A stretch of 32,000 nucleotides of DNA from Candidatus Nanoclepta minutus (GTDB taxonomy: Archaea; Nanobdellota; Nanobdellia; Nanobdellales; Nanobdellaceae): assembly GCA_003568775.1 (NCBI GenBank), contig MWMI01000001.1, positions 161,792 to 193,791 of the forward strand, written 5' to 3'. Position numbers and translations under genes: made by a program. Positions 15,342-24,692 of the stretch are shown one piece after another (the first letter of the stretch is position 1; the number at the start of each line of letters is the position of its first letter). The notes under the pieces were generated by a model. The model saw nothing but the letters and a program-made list of their open reading frames with translations. It was not told where the DNA came from and did no database searches.

Positions 15342-15881
15342 ATGGCAAAATCTTTTTATTTTTATATTTCTAGGCTTTGGAAGAAGAAGTGGAAGGATGA
15401 AGCTCTATCTAGGTTATGGAAGGAAAGGATTAAGGAGTGGAAGGAACAACCTTCCGTATTTAGAATAGAGAGACCTACGAGGTTGGATAGGGCAAGAAAG
15501 TTGGGATGGAAACCTATAAGGGGGATAGTCTTAGTTAGAGTAAGAGTAAAGAAGGGATGGAGGAAGAGAAAAGATTTTCCAAGAAGCAGAAAGACTAAGA
15601 ACTACAGGTTCTATAGATCTCTGGAAATACCTTTGCAGGTAATAGCAGAACAAAGGGCTCAGAGGAAGTATCCTAATTTGGAAGTATCGAACTCTTATTA
15701 TGTTGGGGAGGATGGTGTATATGAGTGGTATGAGGTAATAATGATAGATCCAAACGAGCCTTCTATACTTTCTAGAGAAGAATATGCCTGGATATCTACA
15801 AAGAAACATAGAAAAAGAGCTCTTAGGGGTTTAACTCCTAGAAATAAGAGAAGATTAGAAGAAGCAAGAAATAATAGATAA
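15342..15881 (+). CDS. rpl15e: Ribosomal protein L15e
   Basis: 179 aa. YISRLWKKK, RIERPTRLDRARKLGWK, IVLVRVRVKKG and YEVIMIDPN are characteristic of L15e. GAGG lies 4 nt upstream of the ATG. Confidence 0.9.
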   Translation: MAKSFYFYISRLWKKKWKDEALSRLWKERIKEWKEQPSVFRIERPTRLDRARKLGWKPIRGIVLVRVRVKKGWRKRKDFPRSRKTKNYRFYRSLEIPLQVIAEQRAQRKYPNLEVSNSYYVGEDGVYEWYEVIMIDPNEPSILSREEYAWISTKKHRKRALRGLTPRNKRRLEEARNNR

Positions 15882-15888
15882 TTTTTTT

Positions 15889-16560
15889 ATGTTTAAGATA
15901 ACAAAATTAAATGCTTGGATAGAAGATAAGAGGATTTTGGAGGATATAAATTTGGAAGTAAGGCCAGGTGAAATCGTTTTGATAGCAGGACCAAACGGTT
16001 CCGGTAAAACTACACTAGCAAGGGCAATATTAAACGATCCCAAGATAAAGAAGGAGGGGAAGATAATACTAGGGGAGAAGGATATAACGAACCTACCTAC
16101 ACATGAAATATCTAAGTACATATATCTAGCTTTCCAGTATCCTCCAGATATAGAGTTCTTATTAACTAAGGACTTCTTGAAGGAGATGGGTATATCTGAT
16201 GAAATTTATAGCTTATTTGATTACTTATCTCTACCCAAAGATATTTTAGATAGAGGCCTGCTTACTGGTTTTTCTGGTGGAGAAAGGAAGAAGTTTGAGA
16301 TCCTTTTATCTTTATTGAAGGATTATAATGTTTATATATTCGATGAACCGGATTCGGGCTTAGATTCAGAGTCAATATCTAAGTTATCTAAGATCTTAGT
16401 TGATCTAAAGAATAAAGGAAAATGTATAATTGTTATATCTCATATCTCAAGGTTATTTATAGACATAAAGCCAGACAGAGTTTATATAATTGAGAGGGGT
16501 AGAATAAAAAAGGTAGGTGGATATGAACTTCTGAAGGATGTAGAGAAATATGAAGTATGA
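15889..16560 (+). CDS. sufC: Fe-S cluster assembly ATPase SufC
   Basis: 223 aa. Walker A GPNGSGKTT, signature FSGGERKK, Walker B IFDEPDSGLD. Followed by sufB and sufD with overlaps. Confidence 0.85.
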   Translation: MFKITKLNAWIEDKRILEDINLEVRPGEIVLIAGPNGSGKTTLARAILNDPKIKKEGKIILGEKDITNLPTHEISKYIYLAFQYPPDIEFLLTKDFLKEMGISDEIYSLFDYLSLPKDILDRGLLTGFSGGERKKFEILLSLLKDYNVYIFDEPDSGLDSESISKLSKILVDLKNKGKCIIVISHISRLFIDIKPDRVYIIERGRIKKVGGYELLKDVEKYEV

Positions 16561-17899
16561 AAGGGTTTTAAGGGGAGATTTAAACGAAGATTTAATAGGT
16601 AAGATACATTCTATATTGGAAGAGCCTGAATGGTTGTTAGAATATAGGTTAAAGGGTTTGGAATACTTTAAAAAATTGAGAAATCCGGATTGGGGGCCTA
16701 ACTTATCCGAAATAGATTTTAAGAAAATAGCCTATTTTGCTTCACCTTTGATCGTCCCAAGACCTGTTAGATGGGAAGAACTACCAGAGTTCATTAAGGA
16801 AGTCTATATCAAACTAGGGTTAACTAAGGAGTATGTAGAAAGATATTTGGGTGGTGCAGTCCTTCAGTTCGATTCTTCACCAGTATTTAAAAAGGTTAGA
16901 GAATATTTGGAGAGTTTGGGTGTAATATTCATGCCTTTATCTGAAGCAGTAAAGGATTATTCAGGTTTAATTAAAAAGTACTTTTCAAAAATAGTTTCAT
17001 ATTCAGATAACAAGTATGCTGCTCTAAATACAGCCGTTTGGTCAGGTGGAATCTTCATTTATGTTCCAAAAAACGTTAAAGTAGATATCCCATTACATGC
17101 TTATTTTAGGATAAACCTCGAGAACGTTGGACAGTTTGAGAGGACCCTGATAGTTGTTGAGGAAAACAGTGAGGTTACTTATGTTGAAGGATGTTCAGCC
17201 CCAATACTATCTGCTTCTCCATTGCATGCAGCAGTTGTAGAAGCATATGTACATAAGAACGCGAAGGTAAACTATATAACCTTACAGAACTGGTCAAAAA
17301 ACGTCTATAACTTGCCAACGAAGAGAGCTTTCGTTGAAGAAGGAGGAAAGATCAATTGGATATCTGTTGAATTAGGAGGAAAAGTTAGTATGCTCTATCC
17401 TTCTGCAATATTGAAAGATAATGCAGTTGCAGAGATATATGGAATTTCTTTTGCAAAGAAAAATCAGATATTTGATACTGGTGGAAAATTATATTTAAAT
17501 GGTAAAAACGCGAGGGGAATAATAAACTCTATAGGTATTGTAATGGATGAAGGCTCTAAAGTAACTCATAGAATAGATGTTTTTATAAATAAGGGAAGTA
17601 AGAACTCAAAGGTATTTAGTAGTTGTAGATCCTTATTAATAAATGGAGAAACTGAAAGTTTCCCAAGGTTTCATGTTGAGGAAGAGGATTCTTACTATAA
17701 TAATGAAAGTAAAACGGATATATTGGATGAAGAAAGGTTCTTCTATTTAGAAGCTAGAGGTTTTGATAGGAGTAGGGCATTGAGGATGGCTGTGTTAGGG
17801 TATTTTGAGGACCTTCTAGATAAGGTACCGGATATATATAAGCTTGAGATAAAAAGGGTTGTTGAAGTTGATATAGAGAAATATGGATCAGTTGGTTGA
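16550..17899 (+). CDS. sufB: Fe-S cluster assembly scaffold SufB
   Basis: 449 aa. SufB/SufD (UPF0051) beta-helix region and the C-terminal FYLEARGFDRSRALRMAVLGYF motif. 11-nt overlap with sufC. Confidence 0.85.
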   Translation: MKYERVLRGDLNEDLIGKIHSILEEPEWLLEYRLKGLEYFKKLRNPDWGPNLSEIDFKKIAYFASPLIVPRPVRWEELPEFIKEVYIKLGLTKEYVERYLGGAVLQFDSSPVFKKVREYLESLGVIFMPLSEAVKDYSGLIKKYFSKIVSYSDNKYAALNTAVWSGGIFIYVPKNVKVDIPLHAYFRINLENVGQFERTLIVVEENSEVTYVEGCSAPILSASPLHAAVVEAYVHKNAKVNYITLQNWSKNVYNLPTKRAFVEEGGKINWISVELGGKVSMLYPSAILKDNAVAEIYGISFAKKNQIFDTGGKLYLNGKNARGIINSIGIVMDEGSKVTHRIDVFINKGSKNSKVFSSCRSLLINGETESFPRFHVEEEDSYYNNESKTDILDEERFFYLEARGFDRSRALRMAVLGYFEDLLDKVPDIYKLEIKRVVEVDIEKYGSVG

Positions 17900-18488
17900 G
17901 TTCTTTAGGAATTATTTTCCTAAGTCCTTTGATGGTTATCCAATAAAAAGGATCGATCTATCAGTAGTAGATAATAAAGTGAATTTAGATGTTAGTAGTA
18001 ATTCAATTAATATCTTCAATATCAAGCTCTCTGGAAGATCAAATATTATAATGAGCTTAAATGACCTTAAAAAATCCTTAATTTATTTGGATTTAGAGGT
18101 TATCGAAGGATCGGAAGCCTCATTTATTGTATATGGGAAGGTTTCATCCGATATATACCTTGGGATAAGCTCTAGTTTAAGCAAGGAATCTAAATTAAGT
18201 ATAGAGGAGAAGCTCTATATAGAAGGAAAGATGGTAAACATAGCTAAAATAATAATACCAAAAGGTTCGGTTGGGTCTTATGCGGTTCTAGATCAAAAGA
18301 TAGTTAGCTATGGGGAAAGTTTATTTATAAATTTACCTATTTTAATTATAAAAGAACCAAAATGCAAAGCTGAACATTTATCTAAGAAGATAAGGTTAGA
18401 TGAAGACCAGTTGTTCTATTTAAAATCCAAAGGGATGTCCGATGACGGCATTAAAAAAGTTTTAGAGAGGTATTTTACAACATTATAG
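17883..18488 (+). CDS. sufD: Minimal SufD-like protein
   Basis: 201 aa. C-terminal [32 protein letters not shown] matches the SufB/SufD C-terminal motif. The position after sufB with a 17-nt overlap supports the call. Confidence 0.6.
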   Translation: MDQLVEFFRNYFPKSFDGYPIKRIDLSVVDNKVNLDVSSNSINIFNIKLSGRSNIIMSLNDLKKSLIYLDLEVIEGSEASFIVYGKVSSDIYLGISSSLSKESKLSIEEKLYIEGKMVNIAKIIIPKGSVGSYAVLDQKIVSYGESLFINLPILIIKEPKCKAEHLSKKIRLDEDQLFYLKSKGMSDDGIKKVLERYFTTL

Positions 18489-18493
18489 TAAAA

Positions 18494-18501
18494 TTTTATA
18501 A
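18494..18501 (+). promoter_or_regulatory. TATA box of radA
   Basis: TTTTATAA is centred about 26 nt upstream of ATG 18524. Confidence 0.5.
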
Positions 18502-18523
18502 CGTTCTATTACAGATTAAAGAT

Positions 18524-19498
18524 ATGTCTAACGAGAAGGTTCCTACCAACTTGGAGGATTTACCAGGTGTTGGTCCAAAGACGGCTAAGAAGTTGAGAGA
18601 AGTTGGTATATATTCTATTCAGGATTTGGCAATGTCTTCCGTTCATGAACTAGTTGAAAAGGTAGGGTTAGGTGAAGAAACTGCAAAGAAATTGATAGAA
18701 ATGGCTGAAGAGATGATTGGAAAGGGCCTTTCTACAGCATACGATTTCTATCAGGCCAGAAAGAATGTTGAAAAGATCACTACAGGTTCTCATGCTTTAG
18801 ATGATCTATTAGGTGGAGGTATAGAAACACAAGCATTAATCGAATGTTTTGGTGAATTCGGAAGTGGAAAGACTCAGTTAGGACATCAGCTAGCCGTTAA
18901 CGTTCAATTACCTAAAGAAATGGGAGGATTAGCAACTCCCGATAGCCCCGTAAAGGCTGTTTATATTGATACGGAAGGTACTTTTAGACCGGAGAGGATA
19001 GAACAGATGGCTAAGGCTCTAAACTTGAATCCCGAAGAGACACTGAAAAACATATTTTATATTAAAGTATTTAATACTGATTATCAAGTTAGGGTTGTTA
19101 GGAAGATCCCGCATTTGATTCATGAGGGACATAACATAAGGCTAATCGTTATAGATTCTATCACGGCTCATTTTAGAGCAGAATATGTTGGAAGAGGGGT
19201 TTTAGCTGAAAGACAGCAGAAGTTAAACCAACACTTAAGGGATCTATTGAAGATAGCTAGTATATATAATGTTGCGGTTTATGTAACCAATCAAGTAATG
19301 GCAAAACCTGAAGGATTCTTTGGTTTAGACTTAGTTCAGGCAGTTGGAGGACATGTACTGGCACACGCGATAACTTATAGGATATTCCTTAGGAAAGGTA
19401 AGGAGAAGACTAGGATTGCTAGGTTAATAGATGCGCCTCATTTACCGGAGAGGGAAGCAATATTTAGGATAAGTGATGAAGGAATAAGAGACGTATAA
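18524..19498 (+). CDS. radA: DNA recombinase RadA
   Basis: 324 aa. N-terminal Hh[20 protein letters not shown], Walker [10 protein letters not shown], Walker [16 protein letters not shown], and loop region VTNQVMAKP. Confidence 0.92.
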   Translation: MSNEKVPTNLEDLPGVGPKTAKKLREVGIYSIQDLAMSSVHELVEKVGLGEETAKKLIEMAEEMIGKGLSTAYDFYQARKNVEKITTGSHALDDLLGGGIETQALIECFGEFGSGKTQLGHQLAVNVQLPKEMGGLATPDSPVKAVYIDTEGTFRPERIEQMAKALNLNPEETLKNIFYIKVFNTDYQVRVVRKIPHLIHEGHNIRLIVIDSITAHFRAEYVGRGVLAERQQKLNQHLRDLLKIASIYNVAVYVTNQVMAKPEGFFGLDLVQAVGGHVLAHAITYRIFLRKGKEKTRIARLIDAPHLPEREAIFRISDEGIRDV

Positions 19499-19528
19499 TT
19501 TTTATAAGTCAAAGCTCAATATAAAGGA

Positions 19529-19780
19529 ATGGAGAGGGTAGAGGCATCATCTCTATATGAAAGACCAGTGGTTACTGATAAAGGAAGAAGGCTAGGATTG
19601 ATCGCAGATTTCTTGTTTGACGAAAGGACGGGAGAGATAGTGCATATCATATTAAAGAATCCTACAGAAAATGCTGTAAAGTTAGGTTTAGAGAAGACTA
19701 AGGATGGATATTTAGTTCCGTTTTCCTCTGTAAAGGCTATTGGGGATTTTGTAGTTGTATCAGAGGAGGATTTGGTCTAG
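19529..19780 (+). CDS. PRC-barrel domain protein
   Basis: 83 aa. VVTDKGRRLGLIADFLFDERTGEIVHIIL fits the PRC-barrel pattern. A TATA-like TTTTTATAA lies 26 nt upstream. Confidence 0.55.
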   Translation: MERVEASSLYERPVVTDKGRRLGLIADFLFDERTGEIVHIILKNPTENAVKLGLEKTKDGYLVPFSSVKAIGDFVVVSEEDLV

Positions 19781-19781
19781 T

Positions 19782-20972
19782 TTATTTTTTAGTAATAATT
19801 TTTATTATATCGTTATGATTTAATACATCATCTTTCTTTAATGTCCTTCCAGATCTTATTTCTTTTGCTAAAACGAACTTTTCGTAGAGTTCCGTATGCA
19901 ATTTGATGGCCAGATCTTTAACTTTTGAACCCTTTGGCATTAAGATAACATCTGGTAGGACCCTACCCTTTGTATCGGTTAGATTATCGTTGGCAACAGG
20001 CCAGACGGCAATATAATTTAAGACGTTGAATATTGCAACGTTTAATATATCCTGGACACCTGTGCTCCTAAATTCTTTTAGAACGGTTTCTCTTACATAA
20101 TCTACGAATACTTCAACTTGTGGATCATTTACTTTAACTTCTATCTCATCTTCACCAGGGATATAATCTATTTTTCCTTCTAGATCTAATATCCTCAATC
20201 CAACTTCTGCAAAAGCAGAGGTAGGTACAATTATTTTATCTTTATACTCTTTTATAGCTTTCCTATAGAATACCTTTCCATAGTATAAATCTATTTTATT
20301 AGCAGCATAAACTATCGGTTTTCCCAGTCTTCTTATCTCCCTCGAGAACTTGAACAATAGATCTTCATCCTTTATTATTCCTATTATATCATTGTTGAAC
20401 TTGTTTAGAACGTATAATATTATGTTTTTCTGTATTTTAAAAGAGGATAACAGCCTTATTAAATTTTCAGAGATCTTTTTATCATCTTCTTTATATTTCT
20501 CGTATATTCTATAGAGGTTCTGTTTTATCTTATAATATATCCACGTATCTATTTCGTTTTCTGTCCATATGAAATCCTCCAATGGATCATAACTACCTTC
20601 CGGTACAGGATTTCCATCTTTGTCTGTGGTTCCAGCTATGTCTATTATGTCTATTAATACATCTGCGTTTTTTGTTACATCTAAGAACTTGTTTCCTAGA
20701 CCCTTTCCCTTATGAGCCTCCTCAACTAATCCTGGTATGTCTATTATCTCGATCGGAATGAACCTCTTTCCCCTCCTACATGTACCAACCCTAGGATTAC
20801 ACTTTACACCAAACTGTTTCTCTATGCATTCTATAACTAGATAACCAGTTCCTATATAGGGTTGAACGGTTGTGAAGGGATAGTTAGAAATCTTTACAGG
20901 TAAAAGAGTAACAGATTTAAAAAAAGTAGATTTCCCAACATTAGGCTTTCCAACTATCCCTATAACTACCAC
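19782..20972 (-). CDS. Obg-like GTPase/ATPase of the YchF/OLA1 type with C-terminal TGS-like domain
   Basis: 396 aa. G1 GIVGKPNVGKST, G3 DIPGLVEEAHKGKGLGNKFL, G4 NKID. The start is GTG and overlaps the stop of the upstream Sm gene by 1 nt. Confidence 0.8.
   Translation of the reverse strand: MVVIGIVGKPNVGKSTFFKSVTLLPVKISNYPFTTVQPYIGTGYLVIECIEKQFGVKCNPRVGTCRRGKRFIPIEIIDIPGLVEEAHKGKGLGNKFLDVTKNADVLIDIIDIAGTTDKDGNPVPEGSYDPLEDFIWTENEIDTWIYYKIKQNLYRIYEKYKEDDKKISENLIRLLSSFKIQKNIILYVLNKFNNDIIGIIKDEDLLFKFSREIRRLGKPIVYAANKIDLYYGKVFYRKAIKEYKDKIIVPTSAFAEVGLRILDLEGKIDYIPGEDEIEVKVNDPQVEVFVDYVRETVLKEFRSTGVQDILNVAIFNVLNYIAVWPVANDNLTDTKGRVLPDVILMPKGSKVKDLAIKLHTELYEKFVLAKEIRSGRTLKKDDVLNHNDIIKIITKK
19785..19790 (+). 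terminator. T6 tract after the PRC-barrel gene stop, inside the convergent GTPase gene
   Basis: TTTTTT at 19785-19790. On the minus strand it encodes the terminal KK of the GTPase (IITKK*). Confidence 0.3.
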
Positions 20973-21190
20973 TATTCAACTGGCTTTACGCATGATACGT
21001 TATCACCCCTCAGAAATATCCAAGGATATTTCGTATTAGTTTCTATCTCCGTAACTTCTTCCAGCACTATGTTTGGGTGGGCATCCCATGCAAGTAGTTT
21101 TCCCTTATAAGACCTGCCGTTTTTCATTTCTACTATCACTAACTTTCCCTTAGATTGGTTTATTATATCTAAAGGTCTTGCGATTTCCAT
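20972..21190 (-). CDS. Sm-like archaeal protein (LSm/SmAP)
   Basis: 72 aa. Sm1 GRSYKGKLLAWDAHPNIVLEE and Sm2 IFLRGDNV. Confidence 0.85.
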   Translation of the reverse strand: MEIARPLDIINQSKGKLVIVEMKNGRSYKGKLLAWDAHPNIVLEEVTEIETNTKYPWIFLRGDNVSCVKPVE

Positions 21191-21222
21191 AGTTACATAG
21201 AGAGGAAGAAAACTTTAAATTT

Positions 21223-21648
21223 TTATTTATCCTCTCTTTTTAAAAGTATGGCATTTATAATTCCATCCTGTCCAGGTCTTGAAGTAACTATTGCTACTCC
21301 TAACTCCGTTTTTATTTTAGTATTCTTCGTTATTATTTTCATTCTATTAAGTTTTCTATCAGAGGGATTCTCTAAAACTTCCAATATCTTAACCTTTTTA
21401 ACTTCATTACTTTCTGGATCGAGTACGTTTGCAAATAAAACTTCTTTTACCTTTATCTTAAAATTCCCTCCTTTTGTTTTTACGGCATACCTTACTTCCT
21501 CCTTAGAAGCTAACCTCGTTAATATTGGATATCTTCCATATTCATATTTTCTTTTCTTTCTATAAGGTTTCAACTTTCTTCCCGTTTTTTTCCTATAATC
21601 CCTTCCCTGATATACCGATAATCCCGCTTTTTTATAGATTATGACCAT
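21223..21648 (-). CDS. rps8e: Ribosomal protein S8e
   Basis: 141 aa. N-terminal YQGRDYRKKTGRKLKPYRKKRKYE is characteristic of S8e. A TATA-like TTTTAAAA lies about 26 nt upstream. Confidence 0.85.
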   Translation of the reverse strand: MVIIYKKAGLSVYQGRDYRKKTGRKLKPYRKKRKYEYGRYPILTRLASKEEVRYAVKTKGGNFKIKVKEVLFANVLDPESNEVKKVKILEVLENPSDRKLNRMKIITKNTKIKTELGVAIVTSRPGQDGIINAILLKREDK

Positions 21649-21724
21649 TAATAGAATAAAAAATAAGCGTTTTAAAAGCTTTCAATTTTTAATTTTTAAA
21701 TTCCTTAAGATTTAGATATATATT

Positions 21725-21824
21725 GCGGGGGTGCCCGAGAGGTCAAAGGGGTCGGGCTTAAGACCGTATAGTAAGAGACCCGATGGGTTTAGGCCCGTCC
21801 GGGGTTCAAATCCCCGCCCCCGCA
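21725..21824 (+). tRNA. tRNA-Leu (anticodon UAA) with a 15-nt intron at the canonical 37/38 position
   Basis: Acceptor GCGGGGG/CCCCCGC, long variable arm, T arm CCGGGG-TTCAAAT-CCCCG. The anticodon stem TCGGG (21752-21756)/CCCGA (21779-21783) encloses CTTAAG + intron 21763-21777 + A. A 4-bp helix CTTA/TAAG flanked by two AGA bulges gives a bulge-helix-bulge motif. Confidence 0.88.
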
Positions 21825-21857
21825 TACTCTTATAAAAATTTTTAAAGAATATACTTA

Positions 21858-23300
21858 ATGAGGCCAAGATTGTTACTTATCTTTCTTTTTGTATTTGGAT
21901 TTTTAGGAATTTCAGTAAGAGCGGATACTGTCATAGCAACTACTAATATAACTTTCGCAGATACTATTTTAGCAAAGGTCGTTTCAGAAATATATGATAT
22001 ACCGCAAGTAATTGTTGGAAGAAATGCTATCTCTAATGATACATTGAATTTATTAAGAGAACTGAATGCAACGGATATAATAATAATAGGGGGACCTGCA
22101 GTAGTATCTTATAACGTTGAAGATGAATTAAAGAGCTTAGGTTATAGAGTTACTAGGATATGGGGTGTAACGAGGTTTGAGACATCAGCGTTAGTAGCAA
22201 AGTTCTTCTGGAGCAATTCCTCAGAAGCAGTTATATTAACTGGTGAGCTAACTAATGAGGGAAATAACTTTAGAAAAATTACTTTAGTAAGACAAGCGGA
22301 AGATCTAGCCATCGAGAAAGGTATTCCAATATTGATAGTACCTCCTGGAGAAGGAATAGAAGGTTTAGAACATAAAGACGTTCTAGATGCCTTATTAGCT
22401 TTAGGAGTCAAAAAAGTATATATATTTTCTACCATAGGAAATCTAAGTAAACTTACTAGTGCATTAGATTCCTTAAATATATCTTATGAAGTAGTTAGGT
22501 ATTATCAACCAAGGAATTGTACACCAATAAGGATAGCAGTTCCAGCAGATGCTTTATGGAACGAAACTCCAGAAGTATTTATCTATAAAAGATGTGTAGA
22601 GTTAGTTCCAGTAGAACCTAACGTTACATTGGAAGATCTTAGGAATATGAATATTTCAATAGTTTTACTAAACCTTACAGATTTGGTTAACTTTAGAAAA
22701 GCTGTAAAAGAGGAAATGAAAGAAAAGGTAAGAAAAGAAGAGAGAAAAATGATTAGTTTAATTGCAAATAATATACTTAATGCATTAGAAGATATAGCAG
22801 AAATAGCAGAAAACGCTTCTGTCCAGTATAGGCAATGTTACAATGAAACAATTGAGCTATTGAAGGATAACAAGACTGAGGAAGCATTTATAAAATTTAT
22901 AGAGTGTTTAAGGATGAGAAACGAATATAGGTGGAGGAACGGTTTATATATAAAGGATTCTGTTATAAAAGATATTAGAGAAATGGTAAAAGAAATGTTT
23001 AATAGACGTATAAGAGTATTAAAGAATTTGACAAATCTTACTGAAGATATAGAAATAAGAGATGAAATGCCAGATCCAATGGAAGTAAGAAACCGCATAA
23101 TGTTAATTAAGGGTATCTTTTGGAGGTTAAGGAATACTACAAGAAATAATACAGTTTGTATTCAAGTAATCACCTGTGCTACAGATCCTTTGACCGGTAA
23201 AGCAGGGATATTCCCAACACCATGCGATGTACCTCAGTGGTGGGAGATAGTTCCATGTGAGAGAATTATAGATGGAAAAGGCAGAGTGGAAGTTAAGTAA
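21858..23300 (+). CDS. Secreted/surface protein with two cell-wall-binding-repeat-2-like modules, a charged helical middle and a Cys-containing C-terminal domain
   Basis: 480 aa. Signal-like N-terminus MRPRLLLIFLFVFGFLGISVRA. Two modules resemble CW_binding_2 (IIIIGGPAVVSYNVEDELKSLGYRVTRIWGVTRFETSALVA; KGIPILIVPP...VKKVYIFS). 18 N-x-S/T sequons by my count and 8 Cys. Confidence 0.6.
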   Translation: MRPRLLLIFLFVFGFLGISVRADTVIATTNITFADTILAKVVSEIYDIPQVIVGRNAISNDTLNLLRELNATDIIIIGGPAVVSYNVEDELKSLGYRVTRIWGVTRFETSALVAKFFWSNSSEAVILTGELTNEGNNFRKITLVRQAEDLAIEKGIPILIVPPGEGIEGLEHKDVLDALLALGVKKVYIFSTIGNLSKLTSALDSLNISYEVVRYYQPRNCTPIRIAVPADALWNETPEVFIYKRCVELVPVEPNVTLEDLRNMNISIVLLNLTDLVNFRKAVKEEMKEKVRKEERKMISLIANNILNALEDIAEIAENASVQYRQCYNETIELLKDNKTEEAFIKFIECLRMRNEYRWRNGLYIKDSVIKDIREMVKEMFNRRIRVLKNLTNLTEDIEIRDEMPDPMEVRNRIMLIKGIFWRLRNTTRNNTVCIQVITCATDPLTGKAGIFPTPCDVPQWWEIVPCERIIDGKGRVEVK

Positions 23301-23306
23301 TTTTTT

Positions 23307-24206
23307 ATGATTTTAATTACTCATTGGGATATAGATGGCATATTTTGCCTATACCTGTTCTATAAGAGATTTGGGGATAGGTTTAAGGTTTATTTTTCCG
23401 GACCAAGGTCAATAAACAGGGTCCTATCGAAGTTAATATATGAGGGAAAGAACAATGAAGAACTCTTTATAACAGATATAGCAACTAATCAGGTTTCTTT
23501 ATATTTATCAGCCTGTTTTAATGGGGCACATTGGATAGACCATCATGAAATAGATAGCTTCGATGTTCCGAAGGGAGTTGAGATATTTATTAAGAGGTAT
23601 AAATCTGCTGCAAGATGTGTAGCAGATTACTTTAATTTAGAGGATAATTATTTGGATATTGTAGACGATATAGACTCAAACAATATAAGATCCGATCTAG
23701 AGAGGGATTTAAGAGACTTAGTAACTGCAATCAGATATTTTAATCCGAAAACATATCCAATATACTTTGAAAACATTGCAAAGGAGTTGAATAGTGGTAT
23801 CCCTATAGAGAATATAATAGAAAAGAGGAAGAAGATATTGAAGGATTATAGGGAATATCTGAAGAAAAAGGAGGATTATATAATATTATCTACGAAGATC
23901 TTCAACCTTTCTGGAAGGAAGGTCTTTATAGTAGAAATGGAATATGATATACCATCCTATAACATAATTGAGATCCTCCAGAAGAGACTTGGGGGGAATA
24001 TAGATTATATAGTTATACTCTATGGTAATAGGGGAGAAATAAGGACTACAACTGAGAAGAACGTTTTGGAAATAGCTAAATGTCTCGGTGGTGGTGGGCA
24101 TAGGTATGCTGCAGGTTTCCAATACGATAATAAGGATCTTATAGTAGAGAAGATTAAAGAATGTATAGAAAAAGTAATTAAGAATGAAGAGAAACTCATC
24201 GGCTGA
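23307..24206 (+). CDS. DHH/DHHA1 family phosphoesterase (RecJ/NrnA-like)
   Basis: 299 aa. Motif I THWDIDG, motif III WIDHHE, DHHA1 motif GGGGHRYAAGF. Confidence 0.75.
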   Translation: MILITHWDIDGIFCLYLFYKRFGDRFKVYFSGPRSINRVLSKLIYEGKNNEELFITDIATNQVSLYLSACFNGAHWIDHHEIDSFDVPKGVEIFIKRYKSAARCVADYFNLEDNYLDIVDDIDSNNIRSDLERDLRDLVTAIRYFNPKTYPIYFENIAKELNSGIPIENIIEKRKKILKDYREYLKKKEDYIILSTKIFNLSGRKVFIVEMEYDIPSYNIIEILQKRLGGNIDYIVILYGNRGEIRTTTEKNVLEIAKCLGGGGHRYAAGFQYDNKDLIVEKIKECIEKVIKNEEKLIG

Positions 24207-24261
24207 TTTATGATGAAGGTCTTGAGCACAGATTTTTAAAATTTTTTCAGAAAGATACTGA

Positions 24262-24681
24262 ATGGAAGAAAAGAGAGTTTATCTTCCTAGATATTATTTC
24301 ATCATGATATTAATAATTACTGTTATCGTTATGGCTTTTGTATCCTATTTTACTATATTAGAAAGGAGTATTATAGGTATAATAACTCTATTTTATGTTT
24401 TTGCAATCCTACTTGTAACTATAATCTTCTCGTATCTCTCCTATAAAGGGAAAGTTCCCTATATGGTTATGTCTGAAAATAAAGCTTATGCATCTGTCTA
24501 TCAATTATATTTAATCTTAATTATTCTGTTATTCTCAGCAGGATACCTCCTTACACTTTCTTATTTTGAAGGAGAAGAGGTATACCCTTCTATATTGTTC
24601 GTTATTGCGATCTTCATCCTTTCAGCCCTCTTTGTATACCTCTCCTTTAAGAGGAAGATACCACTTTTAAAGATAGAGTAG
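24262..24681 (+). CDS. Membrane protein (about 4 TM helices), unknown function
   Basis: 139-aa hydrophobic ORF. A TATA-like TTTTTAAAA lies about 25 nt upstream of the ATG. Confidence 0.45.
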   Translation: MEEKRVYLPRYYFIMILIITVIVMAFVSYFTILERSIIGIITLFYVFAILLVTIIFSYLSYKGKVPYMVMSENKAYASVYQLYLILIILLFSAGYLLTLSYFEGEEVYPSILFVIAIFILSALFVYLSFKRKIPLLKIE

Positions 24682-24692
24682 AAATAACTACC

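Noticed and set aside
24210-24261. A second C/D-box-like arrangement: ATGATGA (24210-24216), a CAGA exactly 12 nt later (24229-24232) and CTGA (24258-24261), 52 nt overall.
   Set aside because: No C' box is present. The interior is AT-rich with T-runs (TTTTTAAAATTTTTT), which are better explained as the DHH gene terminator plus the TATA box of the next gene. The D box overlaps that gene's ATG (CTGAATG). It could still be checked by small-RNA sequencing.
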